DNA of 64,000 bases from Pristiophorus japonicus. Lineage: Eukaryota. Under the pieces are notes generated by a model that was not told the DNA's origin, made no database searches, and saw only the letters and a program-made list of their open reading frames with translations. This document shows, in pieces, positions 1 through 13,250 of the stretch. The position numbers were made by a program, and so were the translations under genes. The stretch lies in contig NC_091997.1 of the NCBI RefSeq assembly GCF_044704955.1, forward strand, positions 77,686,001-77,750,000. The letters are read 5' to 3'. Position 1 is the first letter of the stretch, and each line of letters opens with the position of its first letter.

Positions 1-400
1 TCACATCCAAGTGTTGTCTTTGGGTGAAGTGGACTTAACAGAGCGGGGAGCAATTAAACTAGGGTGCACAGATTTAATTCAGTCTGCATTTTGAAGTCAT
101 ACATTCCGTTCTTTTTTTTATATGCGATACTTCAATTTTTATACCATTATTTTGGAGTTATATCGCAATTTGGGAAGCCGACAAGTAGAATTGGATAGAG
201 CACAGGAGTTTACCTGTAGGGTCGGCTGAGGAGCTGGGCGGTTCAAAACTAAAGTGCTACAGCGCCACCACTAGCCGGAGGGTGTAATTACAGCATGACA
301 CATTTCCATAGCTACTTACCATTATAAATGCGGATAGAGGAATTTACAGTAGAAAAATGGACACGGATGTGGGGCCAAAACGTGACATTAGGAAGAAAGG
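1..400. repeat. Old palindromic (long-TIR/foldback-like) element relic, copy 1
   Basis: Shares blocks with 4740-5040: TAATTCA..CATTTT..AAG.CATACATT, CCATTATAAATGYGGRYAGAGGA, and an inverted ~45-bp core. Confidence 0.45.
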
Positions 401-677
401 TTTTGTAGATAGGAAGTTTTTGCAGAGGTCAGATATTTAATATATTACAGCTTTGGTAAGGTAATGTAATGTGAGCAACCAGATTGTTGAGTTGGTGCAA
501 GCGCCACTGTGTACTCCATTTGGCCCTCGACAAGTAGACCTCTGAGAGTTCATTATTGGAAAATAGAAGCTTCCCATTGCTCACTACTATAAACCTTCAC
601 CATAAAGCAGGGTTGCATTATAAATACTTTATTTAAAAATGAAGGTGAAATTATTATTGTTTATTTCTTTCTATAAT

Positions 678-1326
678 CCTTCTATGGCCTCGCTCCTCCC
701 TATCTCAGTAACCTCCTCCAGCCCCACAACCCACTGAGATATAAAAACATAAGAAATAGGAGCAGGAGTAGGCCATACGGCCCCCCGAGCCTGCTCCGCC
801 ATTTAATACGATCATGGCTGATCCGATCATGGACTCAGGTCCATTTTTCCCCATAACCCCTTAATCCCTTATCGGTTAAGAAACTGTCTATCTCTGTCTT
901 GAATTTATTCAATGTCCCGGCTTCCACAGCTCTTTGAGGCAGTGAATTCCACAGATTTACAACACTCTGAGAGAAGAAATTTCTCTTCATCTCCGTTTTA
1001 AATGGGTGGCCCCTTATTCTAAGATTATGCCCCTTGTTCCTCTAATTCTGGCCTCGAGCATTCCTGATTTCAATCCCTCCACCACTGGCGGCCTTGCCTT
1101 CAGCCACCAGGGCCCTAACTGCTGGAACTCCCTCCCTATACCTCTCCACCTCTCTATCTCTCTTTCCTCCTTTAAGATGCTCCTTAAAACCTACCTCTTT
1201 GGTCATCTGCTCTAATATCTCCTTATGTGGTTCGGTGTCAAATTTTGTTTGATAATGCTCCTATAAAGCATCTTGGGACGTTTTATTATGTTAAAGGCGC
1301 TATATAAATGCAAGTTGTTGTTGTTA
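678..1326 (+). mobile_element. L2 LINE 3' end, interrupted by a CR1 tail
   Basis: GGCCTCGCTCCTCCCTATCTC...GCGCTATATAAATGCAAGTTGTTG tail. Confidence 0.8.
748..1034 (-). mobile_element. CR1 LINE 3' fragment
   Basis: CATAAGAAATAGGAGCAGGAGTAGGCC tail, shared with many copies. Confidence 0.85.
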
Positions 1327-1624
1327 TATGTTTATATTTGTCTTTCTGTTGATTCTTGTTTAAACAGTGAGGGTTAATATCATTAAAATTCATTTTGAGC
1401 GTTCCTGAGCCTGACAGTGCAATATCATTAAGAGGTGCAGTCAACATACCCACAGAGGCTGCACTACCTTAAATTGCGCAAAGATTTCTTTCAATGTCCA
1501 TCCAGCGACCTTGTATTATGATGGTTGGTAAGTCCGCCCAGTCAGTTTCTCCCAGAGCTGATTAACAACCCTCACCACATTCAACAAAAATATTCCCGAG
1601 AGTAGCAGATATGCTACGGGGTTG

Positions 1625-2062
1625 TCATATGATGAAAGGTTGAGCAGGTTGGGCTTATTTCATTGAGTTTAGAAGAATGAGAGGTGATCTTATGGAAATG
1701 TATAAGATTCTGAGGGGGCTTGACAGGGTAGATGCAGAGAGGATGTTTCCCCCTCGTGGGGGAATCTAGAACTAGGGGGCATAGTTTCAGAATAAGGGGT
1801 CACCCATTTAAAACAGAAATGAGGAGGAATTTCTTCTCAGAGGGTCGGGAATCTTTGGAATTCTCTACCCCAGAGATCTGTGTAGGCTGGGTCATTGAAT
1901 ATGGAGAGAGGCAGATTTTTGAATGATAATGGAGTCAAGGGTTATGGGGAGCGGGTGGAGAAGTGGAGTTGAGGCCAGGATCGGATCAGCCATGATCTTA
2001 TTGAATGGCGGAGCAGGCTCGAGGAGCCAAATGGCCTACTCCTGCTCCTAGTTCTTATGTTC
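1625..2062 (+). mobile_element. CR1 LINE 3' fragment
   Basis: ORF2 C-terminal peptide FPLVGESRTRGHSFRIRG and CCTACTCCTGCTCC...CTTATGTTC tail. Confidence 0.9.
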
Positions 2063-2496
2063 TCTGCAACAGAAAGGGTTATTTTGCAGTGCTAGCTTGG
2101 CTTGGTGGGTAGTACTGTCTCCTCTGTGTCAAAAGTTCAATCCCCACTCAAGGGTGGGAGCATATAATCTTCGCATTTCACTGCAGTACCGGAGGGGGGG
2201 GTGGGGTGCTGCACTGTTGAAGGTGCTGTCGTTCAGATGCGAGATTAACATGAGGCCTGGCCTATTGTGGTAGATGCAAAAGTAACCATGGCATTAAACA
2301 AAGATGAGCAAGGTGGACTCCTGGCCAATATTTATCCCTCAGCCAACACCCCCAAAAACAGACTGAATGGTCATGTATCACATTGCTGTTTGAGACTCCT
2401 TGCTGTGAGAAAATTGGCTGCTGTCTTTGCTTACAAAACCTCCGTGACTATCCTGTAAAAGTATTTTATTTGTTGTGAAGCACTTTGGGACGTCCT

Positions 2497-2652
2497 TGTT
2501 ATAGAGCACCACCTAGTGGACTACTGATGTAATGCAACGACGACTGATGTATTAACAAAAAAGGTCATGTGGCAAGGTCACATGATGACGGTTTCTGTTG
2601 AGGAGCCATCTTGCACAGTGTGTTTGTGTTAGTGACGGATAAAGGTATCACA
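2497..2652 (+). mobile_element. 156-bp solo LTR
   Basis: TGTT...CACA ends; 5-bp TSD GTCCT/GTTCT; cleanly splits the SINE tail. Confidence 0.75.
2506..2536 (-). promoter_or_regulatory. CTCF-type motif with upstream module
   Basis: Minus strand TGCATTAC-N9-CCACTAGGTGGTGC. Confidence 0.6.
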
Positions 2653-2789
2653 GTTCTGAGATCGTGAAAAGTACCATAGAAATACAAGTTCGTCTCCTCT
2701 TTCGAGGAGATAACATTATGACTCTTCATTTCAATACAGCAATGATACAGGGAGGAGAAAGACCATGCAGAACATATAAGCAAAGTTAC

Positions 2790-2927
2790 CCCGAAGGTGC
2801 ACGACCGCGCGCCAATCGCGAGTTCCTGTGCAGGCCGCTCACCAACTCCTGCCGCTGGAAGATGCCACGCATGCACAGCAAATTTAAAGAGACTGCGCAG
2901 CTAGATCACAAATTAGAGGGAACATTG
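2790..2927. mobile_element. hAT-like MITE terminal fragment
   Basis: Ends AAATTAGAGGGAACATTG, resembling a hAT TIR; partner end not found. Confidence 0.35.
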
Positions 2928-2984
2928 CACATAAGGTGACTGTTACATCTCATTACAACAGTGACTACAGCTCAAAAAGTACTT

Positions 2985-4047
2985 AGAATCATAGCACAGA
3001 AGGAGGCCATTTCGGCCCATCGTGTCCGCGCCGGCCGATAAAGAGCTATCCAGCCTAATCCCACTTTCCAGCTCTTGGTCCGTAGCCCTGGAGGTCACGG
3101 CACTTCAAGTGCACATCCAAGTACTTTTTAAATGTGGTGAGGGTTTCTGCCTCTATCACCCTTTCAGGCCGTGAGTTCCAGACCCCCACCTCCCTCTGGG
3201 TGAGGAAAATTCCCCTCAAATCCCCTCTAAACCTACCAATTACTTTAGATTTATGCCCCCTGGTTGTTGACCCCTCTACTAAGGGAAGGTTCATCCTATC
3301 CATTCTATCTAGACCCCTCATAATTTTATTAACCTCAATAAAGGCCTCCCCTCAGCCTCTACTATTCCAAACAAAACAAATGCAGCCGATGCAATCTTTC
3401 TTCATAGCTAAAATTCTCCAGTCCAGGCAACATCCTCGTAAATCCCCTCTGTGCCCTGTCTAATCATATCTTTCCTGTAATGTGACCAGAACTGCATGCA
3501 GTACTCCAGCTGTGGCCTAACTAGTGTTTTATATAATTCAAGCATAAGCTCCCTGCTCTTGTATTCTATGCTTCAGCTAATAAAGGCAAGTATTCCGTAT
3601 GCCTTCTTAACCACCTTATCTACCTGGCCTGCAACCTTCAGGGATCTGTGGACATGCACTCCAAGGTCCTTTTGTTCCTCTACACTTCTCAATGTCCTAC
3701 CATTTAAGTGTATTCCCTTGCCTTGTTAGCCCTCCCCAAATGCATTACCTCACACTTCTGCGGATTGAATTCCATTTGCCACTGTTCTGCCCATGTGATC
3801 GCTCCATTGATATCTTCCTGCAGGCTACAGCTTTCTTCTTCATTATCAACCACACAGCCGATTTTAGTATCATCTGCAAACTTCTTAATCATACCCCTTG
3901 CATTCAAGTCTAAATCATACCACAAAAAGCAAGGGACCCAGCACTGAGCCCTGCGGAACCCCACTGGAAACAGCCTGCCAGTCACAAAAATACCCATCAA
4001 CCATTACCCTTTGCTTCCTGTCTCTGAGCCAACTTTGGATCCAACTT
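2985..4047 (-). mobile_element. CR1 LINE, RT and 3' end, decayed
   Basis: KFADDTKIG, WQMEFNPQKCEVMHLG peptides. Confidence 0.9.
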
Positions 4048-4739
4048 CAGTGGCTGTAAAGCCTGGAGTTGTGAAAGGTGCTATATAAATGCAATTCATT
4101 AATTTCTCTGTCTCACCCCCACAAATACATCCATGATGAAAATAAGTGAACCTGAAAAACCCAGGGGAAGTCACCAATTGACTTGATAAACTGCAAATAC
4201 GTACAATCTGATGAGAGCTGACATAACAGAAGAGTTTATGGAGAGCAGAAGATTATTAAAACTTGCCGGGGGGGCCAGTGCGGATGTGATCCTTGAGTAA
4301 CTGTGGTTTACTGGTGTTATTCTATGTTTCATTGATTTCCCTCTGTGTGCTACTGTTTTAAATCAAAAGGATTAAGCGCACAAAAATCAAATGTTTGCAC
4401 GACTCTAAGGAATGTCAGCTTGATGTACTGGAGGGAGTTGGAGGAATTTAATCGAGGACTATAGCTGGTCCTCCCAGTCACAAGCCTTGCCCAGCCATGG
4501 CTGACTAATATTGAACCGTGATTGATTGAGTTCTATATCTCAAATAAATTACATTTTAAAACAAATAAACAGAGAAACTAAACTACTCCTGGGAGTGGTA
4601 GTGTTGCTGAGATAAGGCCAAGCAAGGCTATGGGGTAGCACCACAGGCACCATGCATAGGAATAATTGGATTCTTTTCTAGGGTCAATCAAGGACTTTGT
4701 ATTATAATATTATTTGTTTGCCGAGGCACTGCACGGAAG

Positions 4740-5040
4740 GAGCTCCGACCAAGTTCACTTTTCAGGTGAAGTGAGGTTAGGTGGTGGTTATGGACATGTA
4801 GGCATAATTCAATCCCCATTTTAAAAGCCATACATTGTATCCTTATTTTTAAACTTCCACTGTAAATGTCTATATCAACAGCATGAATTGAAACTGTCAC
4901 GCTGCAATTATACCCTCCCTCCAGTGGTGGCGCTGCATCATCGCCACTGGGATGAGGAAGCAACTACTGCATGATGAGTTTACCATAGACAGTCTCCATT
5001 ATAAATGTGGGCAGAGGATTATGTGTGAAAAAGGTTGTCC
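4740..5040. repeat. Old palindromic element relic, copy 2, opposite orientation to copy 1
   Basis: TGTCACGCTGCAATTATACCCTCCCTCCAGTGGTGGCGCTG is the near reverse complement of ~257-300. Confidence 0.45.
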
Positions 5041-5074
5041 GGACATTACATTTTTAATATGGATGCAACATGGG

Positions 5075-7535
5075 CGACCACACCAGGAGTATTGTGCACA
5101 GTTTTGGACTCCTCAGGAAGGAAATACTTGCCATAGAGGGAGTGCATCGAAGGTTCACCAGACTAATTTCTGGGATGGGGAGGGGGGGCGGAGGGGGGGA
5201 TTGTCCTATGAGGAGAGGTTGAACAGAGCAGGCCTATATTCTCTAGGGTTTAGAAGAACAATAGGTGATCTCATTGAAACCTCACAATTCTTACAGGGCT
5301 TGGCAGGGTAGATGGTGGGAGGATGTTTCTCCCTGCCTGGGGATTCTAGAACCAGGGGTCACACAGTCTCATAGAAACATAGAAATTAGGTGCAGAACAT
5401 TCGGCCCTTCGAGCCTGCACCACCATTCAATATCATGGCTGATCATGCCCCAGTACCCCATTCCTGCTTTCTCTCCATACCCCTTGATCCCTTTAGCCGT
5501 AAGGGTCACATCTAACTCCCTTTTGAAGATATCTAACAAATTGGCCTCAACAACTTTCTGCAGCAGAGAATTCCACAGGTTCACAGTGAAGAAGTTTCTC
5601 CTCATCTCGGTCCTAAATGGCTTACCCCATATCCTTAGACTGTGACCCCTGGTTCTGGACTTCCCCAACATCGGGAACATTCTTCTTGCATCTAACCTGT
5701 CCAATCCCATCAGAATTTTATACGTTTCTATGAGATCCCCTCTCATTCTTCTAAATCCAGTGAATATAAGCCTAGCCGATTCAGTCTTTCTTCATATGTG
5801 AGTCCTGCCATCCCGGGATGTCAGTCCTGCCATCCCGGGAATCAGTCTGGTGAACCTTCACTGCACTCCCTCAGTAGCAAGAATGTCCTTCCTCAGATTA
5901 GAAGACCAAAACTGTACACAATATTCAAGGTGTGGCTTCACCAAAGCCCTGTACAACTGCAGTAAGACCTCCCTGCTCCTATACTCAATTCCTCTTGCTA
6001 TGAAGGCCAACATGTCATTTGCCTTCTTCATTGCCTGCTGTACCTGCATGCCAACTTTCAATGACTGATGTACCATGACACCCAGGTCTCGTTGCACCTC
6101 CGCATTTCCTAATCTTCACCATTCAGATAATATTCTGCCTTCCTGTTTTTGCCACCAAAGTGGATAACCTCACATTTATCCACATTATACTGCATCTGCC
6201 ATGCATTTGCCCATTCACCTAACCTGTCCAAGTCACCCTGCAACCTCTTAGCATCCTCCTCACAGCTCACACTGCCACCCAGCTTAGTGTCATCTGCAAA
6301 CTTGGAGATATTACATTCAATTTCTTTGTCTAAATCATTAATGTATACTGTAAAGAGCTGGGGTCCCAGCACTGAACCTTGCGGTAACTCACTAGTCACT
6401 GCCTGCCACTCTGAAAATGACCTGTTTATTCCTACTCTTTACTTCCTGTCTGCCAACCAGTTCTCTATCCACATCAATATATTACCCCCAATACCATGTG
6501 CTTTAATTTTGTACACTAATCTCTTGTGTGGGACCTTGTCAAAAGCCTTTTGAAAGTCCAAATACACCACATCCACTGGTTCTCCCTTATCCACTCTACT
6601 AGTTACATCCTCAAAAAATTCTAGAAGATTTGTCAAGCATGATTTCCCTTTCATAAATCCATGCTGACTTAGACTGATCCTGTCACTTCTTTTCAAATAC
6701 GCTGCTATTACATCTTTAATAATTGATTCCAACATTTTCCCCACTACCGATGTCAGGCCTATAATTCCCTGTTTTCTCTCTCCCTCCTTTTTTAAAAAAG
6801 AGCGGTTACATTAGCTACCCTCCAATCCATAGGAACTGATTCAGAGTCTATAGAATGTTGGAAAATGACCACCAATGTATCCGCTATTTCAAGGGCCACT
6901 TCCTTAAGTACTCTGGGATGCAGACTATCAGGCCCTGGGGATTTATCGGCCTTCAATCCCATCAATTTCCCTAACACAATTTCCTGACTAATAAGGATTT
7001 CCTTCAACTCCTCCTTCTCGCTAGACCCTCGATCCCCTAGTATTTCTGGAAGGTTATTTGTGTCTTCCTTAATGACGACAGAATTGGTCTGCCATTTCTT
7101 TGTTCTCCATTATAAATTCACCTGATTCTGACTGCAAGGGACCTACATTTGTCTTCACTAATCTTTTTCTCTTCACATATCTATAGAAGTTTTTGCAATC
7201 AATTTTTATGTTCACTGCAAGCTTACTCTCATACTCTATTTTCCCCCTCCTAATTAAAACCTTTGTCTCAGAATAAGGGGTCGGCCATTTAGGACTAAGA
7301 TGAGGAAAAACGTCGTCACTCAGAGGGTAGGGTATCTTTGGAATTCTCTACCCCAAAGGGCTGGGGATGCTCAAGACGGAGATCGATAGATTTTTAGATA
7401 TTAAGGGAATCGAGGGCTATGGAGATAGGACGGGAAAGTGAGGTTGAGGTAGAAGGTCAGCCATGATCTTATTTAATGGCGGAGCAGGCTCGAGGGGCCG
7501 AATGGCCTACTCCTGCTCCTAATTCTTACGTGCTT
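5075..7535 (+). mobile_element. CR1 3' fragment split by an antisense CR1 (parts 5075-5370 and 7265-7535)
   Basis: Sequence resumes GTCTCA|GAATAAGGGG after the insert; GTCTCA on both sides. Confidence 0.8.
5371..7264 (-). mobile_element. CR1 LINE ORF2 pseudogene, ~1.9 kb
   Basis: KSPGPD, YLDFQKAFDKVPH, PQGSVLGP, FADDTKLGG motifs with frameshifts; CTATGTTT-type tail. Confidence 0.95.
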
Positions 7536-7957
7536 ATTATGTTCCCTCTACAGGAAAATCCCAGATCTTGGAGGCTGAAAGTGGTCAGCTACATTTGGGC
7601 AGATGGTTTCAAATGGCAGGTTAAGGAAGGAAATATGTTGCACTGTTATTCGGTTTGTTTAGCAGTGCATTCCTGCACATTCTGCTGTTGGGAGTTGTTT
7701 CAAATCCATCAACACTGTTATTCCTCTCGCTGAATAAGCACCTCCCCTCCCCCCAACCGCCCCCTCCCTCCCTTCCCTTCCCACTCCCCCCCGCCAAAAT
7801 TGTATCCCTGTCATTGCTGGAAAGTCAGCCTAGATCTCTTACTTAGCTGACCCAGAAAAGTCCACAAGGGGCAGCATCTGGATCCAAAGGTGGGCATCCA
7901 GCCACACTTTTGACAGGATTACAACTGAAGAGGTAAATCGAGGCCAGGGAGTCTCAG

Positions 7958-8610
7958 CACAGAGTTAGTACGCAGGTACAGCAAGTAATCAGGAAGGCAA
8001 ATGGAATGTTTGCCTTTATTGAAGTCCTGCTACAACTGTACAACGTGTTGGTGAGACCACACCTGGAGTACTGCGTACAGTTTTGGCCTTATTTAAGGAG
8101 GGATATACTTGCATTGGAGGCAGTTCAGAGAAGGTTCACTAGGTCGATTCCTGAGATGAAGGGGTTGGCGTATGAGGAAAGGTTGAGCAGGTTGGGCCTG
8201 TACTCATTGGAGTTTGAAAGAAAGAGAGTTGATCTTATTGCAACGCATAAGATTCTGAGGGGGCTTGACAGGGTAGATGCAGAGAGGATGTTTCCCCTCA
8301 TGGGGGAATCTAGAACTAGGGGACATAGTTTCAGAATAAGGGGTCGCCCATTTAAAACGGAGATGAGGAGGAATTTCTTCTCAGAGGGTCGTGAAGCTGT
8401 GGAATTCTCTCCCCCAGAGAGCTGTGGAGGCTGGGCCATTGAAGGCTGAGATAGACAGATTTTTGAACTGTAGGGGTGTCAAGGGTTATGAGGAACAGGT
8501 AGGAAAATGGAGTTGAGGCCAAGATCAGATCAGCCATGATCTTGCTGAATGGCAAAGCAGGCGTTAGGGGCCAATGGCATACTCCTGCTCCTATTTCTTA
8601 TGTTCTTATG
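7958..8610 (+). mobile_element. CR1 3' fragment
   Basis: LVRPHLEYCVQFW...RTRGHS. Confidence 0.9.
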
Positions 8611-8789
8611 TAACACAGCCTGGTACAGTTATCTTCCCGATGGGCACCACATGAGAGGGAATGGCATGTTTAGAGGAGGTGGCACTAATATATCAAAATG
8701 CCTTTTGAGTGCGATATAAACATAAATAGATGTTTGGGATCTAATTTACAATTTGGGAGGTCTCCAGTGCATGTTCAGAATTACTTTTT

Positions 8790-9325
8790 AAAAATGAATT
8801 CCTGGGATGTGGGCGTCGCTGGCAATGCCAGCTTTTATTGCCCATCCCTAATTGCCCTTGAGAAGGTGGTGGTGAGCCACCTTCTTAAACCGCTGCAGTC
8901 CGTGTGGTGAAGGTGATCCCACAGTGCTGTTAGGGAGGGGGATCCGGGATTTTGACCCAGCGACGATGAAGGAACGGCCAATATATTTCCGAGTCGAGAT
9001 GGTGTGTGATGTGGAGGGGAATGTGGAGGTGGTGGTGTTCCCATGCGCCTGCTGCCCTTGTCCTTCTCGGTGGTAGAGGTCGCGGGTTTGGGAGGTGCTG
9101 CCGAAGAAGCCTTGGCGAGTTGCTGCAGTGCATCTTGTAGATGGTGCACACTGCAGCCACGGTGTGCCGGTGGTGGAGGGAGTGAATGTTGAAGGCGGTG
9201 GATGGGGTGCCGATCAAACGGGCTGCTTTGTCCTGGATGGTGTCGAGCTTCTTGAGTGTTGTTGGAGCTGCACTCATCCAGGCAAATGAAGAGTATTCCA
9301 TTCACACTCCTAACTTGTGCCTTTA
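8790..9325 (-). mobile_element. CR1-group (Zenon-like) LINE 3' end
   Basis: LDTIQDKAARLIG...SLHHRHTVAAVCTIYKMHC; same tail recurs at ~22878, 35530, 50260, 52621, 56258. Confidence 0.7.
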
Positions 9326-9569
9326 CAGTAAGGTTGAGCCCAATGAACTGAATCTATTCCACAAGATCCTATGATCTGGCATATATGCAAAAACAGAGAA
9401 GGCACCAAGTTACTGTCCCAAGTTAACCTTAGCCATATCTCTCACCTCTGAGTCAGAAGGCTGTGGGTCAAGTCCCTCTCCAGGGACTTGGGCACAAAAT
9501 CTAGGCTGACATTCCCAGTGTAGTGCTGAGGGAGTGCTGCACTCCCTATCTCACTTCCCCTCCCCCTTT

Positions 9570-10478
9570 GCGGAGGACACCAAATTGGGGGGATAGTCAA
9601 TACTGAGGAGCACTGCTACAAATTACAGGAGGACATTAATAAATTTGCAGAATGGGTATATAATTGGCAAATAAAGTTCAACACAGATAAATGTGAGGTA
9701 TTACATTTTGGTAGGAAGAATAGGGAGGTCACTTATTACTTGGAGGCTGCGAGTCTGGGTGGGGTAGAGGAACAAAGGGATCTCGGAGTACAAGTACACA
9801 AATCACTAAAAGTTGCGACACAGGTTAGCAAGGCCATAAAAAAAGAAAACCAAGAACAAGGGTTTATTTCTAGAGGTACAGAATTGTAAAGCAGCAAAGT
9901 TATGTTAAACCTGTATCGAACCTTGGTTAGACCACACTTAGATTACTGCGTACAGTTCTGGTCGCCATATTGTAGAGGCACTGGAGAAGGTGCAAAGAAG
10001 ATTACAAGGATGTTACCAGAAATGCGAGGGTATACCTATCAGGAAAGGATGAACAGGCTGGGTCTCTTTACTCTTGAAAAAAGAAGGTTGAGGGGTGATC
10101 TAATAGAGGTCTTTAAAATAATGAAAGGTTTTGATAGAGTAGATATATAGAGAATGTTTCCACTTGTGGGGAAGAGCATAACTAGAGGCCATCAATATAA
10201 GATCGTCACCAAGAAATCCAATAGGGAATTCAGAAGAAACGTCTTTATCCAGAGAGCGGTGAGAATGTGGAACTCGCTGCCACAGGGAGTGGTTGAGGCG
10301 AATAGTATTGATGCATTTAAGGGGAGGCTAGACAAGCATATGGGGGAGAAGGGAATAGAGGGTTATGCTGATAGATTTAGATGAGGAAAGATGGGAGGAA
10401 GCTCGATTAGAGCATAACCTCCGGCATGGACTGGTTGGGCCCAATGGCCTGTTTCGGGGCCGTATATCCTAGGTAATC
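9570..10478 (+). mobile_element. CR1 LINE RT/3' end, different subfamily
   Basis: LVRPHLDYCVQFWSP, RRLRGDLIEVFKI. Confidence 0.9.
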
Positions 10479-10795
10479 CAACTTTCACCCACAGCCTGAC
10501 AATTCAACAATAGCAATCCTCTTTCTCACCCCAAGTTGTCTGGTTGCAGCTTACACACAAACTTTTAAGCATGAGAAAAAAGGGTTACATGTTATACATA
10601 ATTCAGGTTACCATTACATACAGTTAATTATTACAGACTTTTATATTTAGTTCTTACACATGATTATAAATCCAGGACTGATGATTATAAGATACTGATG
10701 GTTAGAAGATAGTAAAGCAAGTATTCTAAAAAACAACTAACCCATGATAATCTTACACTGACATCCCAAGAGCAAATAAAAGAAAGATAGGAATA

Positions 10796-11159
10796 CAGGT
10801 TGTGCCTCCCTTATCCAGAACTCCCTTATCCGGAACCACCCCTCTTCCGGACCCATTCCCGGCCACCGGATGGCGCTTGCACAGAACTCCGACATGAACA
10901 AATTGAAGTCCTTCCTCGCTGCCGACTCCCGCAGTCGCTGGCCTGACCCCGCGATTCACCGCACCCCTCCCTCCCTCCCCCCCACCCCTGCCATGATCTC
11001 TCTGATGCACTCACAGTCCCAAGCTAGCCAGCCCCGACATCCCCTTGCTTAGTACCTGTACCATCCAATTTAACGTGACCACCACTCGTCTGGAAAAAAA
11101 TCCCTTATCCCGAACAGGCCAGGTCCCAAGGGTTCCGGATAAGAGATGGGTCCAACCGG
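10796..11159. mobile_element. Tigger/pogo-like MITE
   Basis: TA|CAGGTTG..CCCTTATCC ... GGATAAGAG..CAACCGG|TA: imperfect TIRs, TA TSD. Confidence 0.65.
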
Positions 11160-11176
11160 TACTGCCATTGCACTTA

Positions 11177-12100
11177 TGCAGATGACACTAAGCTGGGTGA
11201 CGGTGTGAGCTGTGAGGAGGTTGCTAAAAGGCTGCAGGGTGACTTGGACAGGTTAGGTGAGTGGGAAAATGCATGCCAGATGCAGTATAATGTGGATGAA
11301 TGTGAGGTTATCCACTTTGGTGGCAAAAACACGAAGGCAGATTATCTGAATGGCGGCAGATTAGGAAAAGGGGAGGTGCAACGAGACCTGGGTGTCATGG
11401 TTCATCAGCCATTGAAAGTTGGCATGCAGGTACAACAGGCGGTGAAGAAGGCAAATGGTATGTTGGCCTTCATAGCTAGGGGATTTGAGTACAGGAGCAG
11501 GAAGGTCTTACTGCAGTTGTTCAGGGCCTTGGTGAGGCCTCACCTGGAATATTGTGTTCAGTTTTGGTCTCCTAATCTGAGGAAGGACGTTCTTGCTATT
11601 GACGGAGTGCAGCGAAGGTTCACCAGACTGATTCCCGGGATGGCAGGACTGACATATGGAGGAGAGACTGGATCGACTGGGCCTGTATTCACTGGAGCTT
11701 AGAAGGATGAGAGGGGATCTCATAGAAACATATAAAATTCTGACGGGACTGGATAGGTTAGATGCAGGAAGAATGTTCCCGATGTTGGGGAAGTCCAGAA
11801 CCAGGGGACACAGTCTAAGGATAAGGGGTAAGCCATTTAGGACTGAGATGAGGAGAAACCTCTTCACTCAGAGAGCTGTTAACCTGTGGAATTCTCTACC
11901 GCAGAGAGTTGTTGATTCCAGCTCATTGGATATATTCAAGAGGGAGTTAGATATGGCCCTTACGGCTAAAGGGATCAAGGGGTATAGAGAGAAAGCAGGA
12001 AGGGGTACTGAAGTGAATGATCAGCCATGATCTTATTGAATGGAAGTGCAGGCTCGAAGGGCCAAATGGCCTGCTCCTGCACCTATTTTCTATGTTTCTG
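11177..12100 (+). mobile_element. CR1 LINE RT/3' end
   Basis: ADDTKLG...LQGDLDRLGEW...RPHLEYCVQFWSP. Confidence 0.92.
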
Positions 12101-12889
12101 TGCACCAATGATCACCTTTACAGGCAACAACAATAATCACCACATGACTACAGACAACAAGCAACCTCCACTAACCCAGAAACAAGACAGGAATTTAATT
12201 ATTGGAATTTGGAAGGCCCAGTTTAAAGGTCTCTAGCTGTTTTGTATGCAATGCACTGCAGCTCAGTTGTATCCTAGTTCAGTTGATGTGTTAGCCTTCC
12301 TGTAACGCCCTACAATGTGTGTGTTATCCTCCAAACAACACATTCTCGTGCTTTAGTTTGTGCTAGCACATGGGCAATCATCCAACCTTGCGTTTTCCTG
12401 CTTGTGATACACTCCAGCCTGCGGAATATCCTGTTCGAAACATCGGGCTGAATCATCAGACTGTAGCTCACAATCACGGCCCTGGTAAATCTTTCGGGAA
12501 GATGCAGAAAACAAGCATTCCGCAGCTCACTTACTTCCGTTAGTCTTAACGAGTCATTTAGCACAGAAGAGGAAAGGCTGCTAATGGTATTGCAACCAGA
12601 TGCTGCTCTTTATCTCTGACACTAAAGACAGATTCTATTGTGCCTATCCCGTCTGCACTTGACAAATTAATTTGAAAACTCTAGGTGCTACCAACAGTTG
12701 AGCAAGTAGAGAATGAAAACAACAAGCTCGGTTTAGCTTGTCTGAACACTCAGACATTATGAGTACGGAGGCGAAAGAAGAAAAATAAATTAATTTTGCT
12801 TTGAATTTCATCCCTTACCTTGATATGGTCGACAATCTTTGACGAGGTCCTTCTATTCCTTGCTCTCTTTCTTCAGGAATATGCTTTCC

Positions 12890-13250
12890 ACAAACACCCA
12901 TCACAAGCCCACTAACTCCCGCAACTACCTGGACAGCTATATTCCCACCAAAACATTATTTTCTCCCTGTTTCCTCCGTCCATTCTAATGATGCCTCCTT
13001 CCACACCAGAGATTCTGAAATGTACACCTTTCTCCTCAGCTGAGGAGTTACCTCCCCTGTGGCAGACCATACCCTCGATCGGACCCATCCCATCTCCATT
13101 GCTTCTGCCAACACCCCTTCTCACCGCGCACAAGTGTGAGGCTCCATCTGCCCTACCAGCCTCTGCATTTGATAGATCATCTTCCGCCATCTCCAACATG
13201 ATCCGACTACCCAATAGATCATCCCCTCTCTGCTTTCCAAAATGATTGAA
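12890..13250 (+). mobile_element. Penelope-like element, decayed fragment
   Basis: HKPTNSRNYLD and FHTRDSEMYTF peptides resemble the PLE RT C-terminal region. Confidence 0.6.

Larger units (their letters stand above)
2092..2692 (+). mobile_element. DeuSINE (SacSINE1-like), degenerate, interrupted by a solo LTR
   Basis: tRNA-like head, Deu-domain-like GGTGCTGTCGTTCAGATG...CCTGGCCAATATTTATCCCTCA, L2-type tail. Confidence 0.75.

Noticed and set aside
4971-5060. C/D box snoRNA (ATGATGA)
   Set aside because: No CTGA D box at a suitable distance
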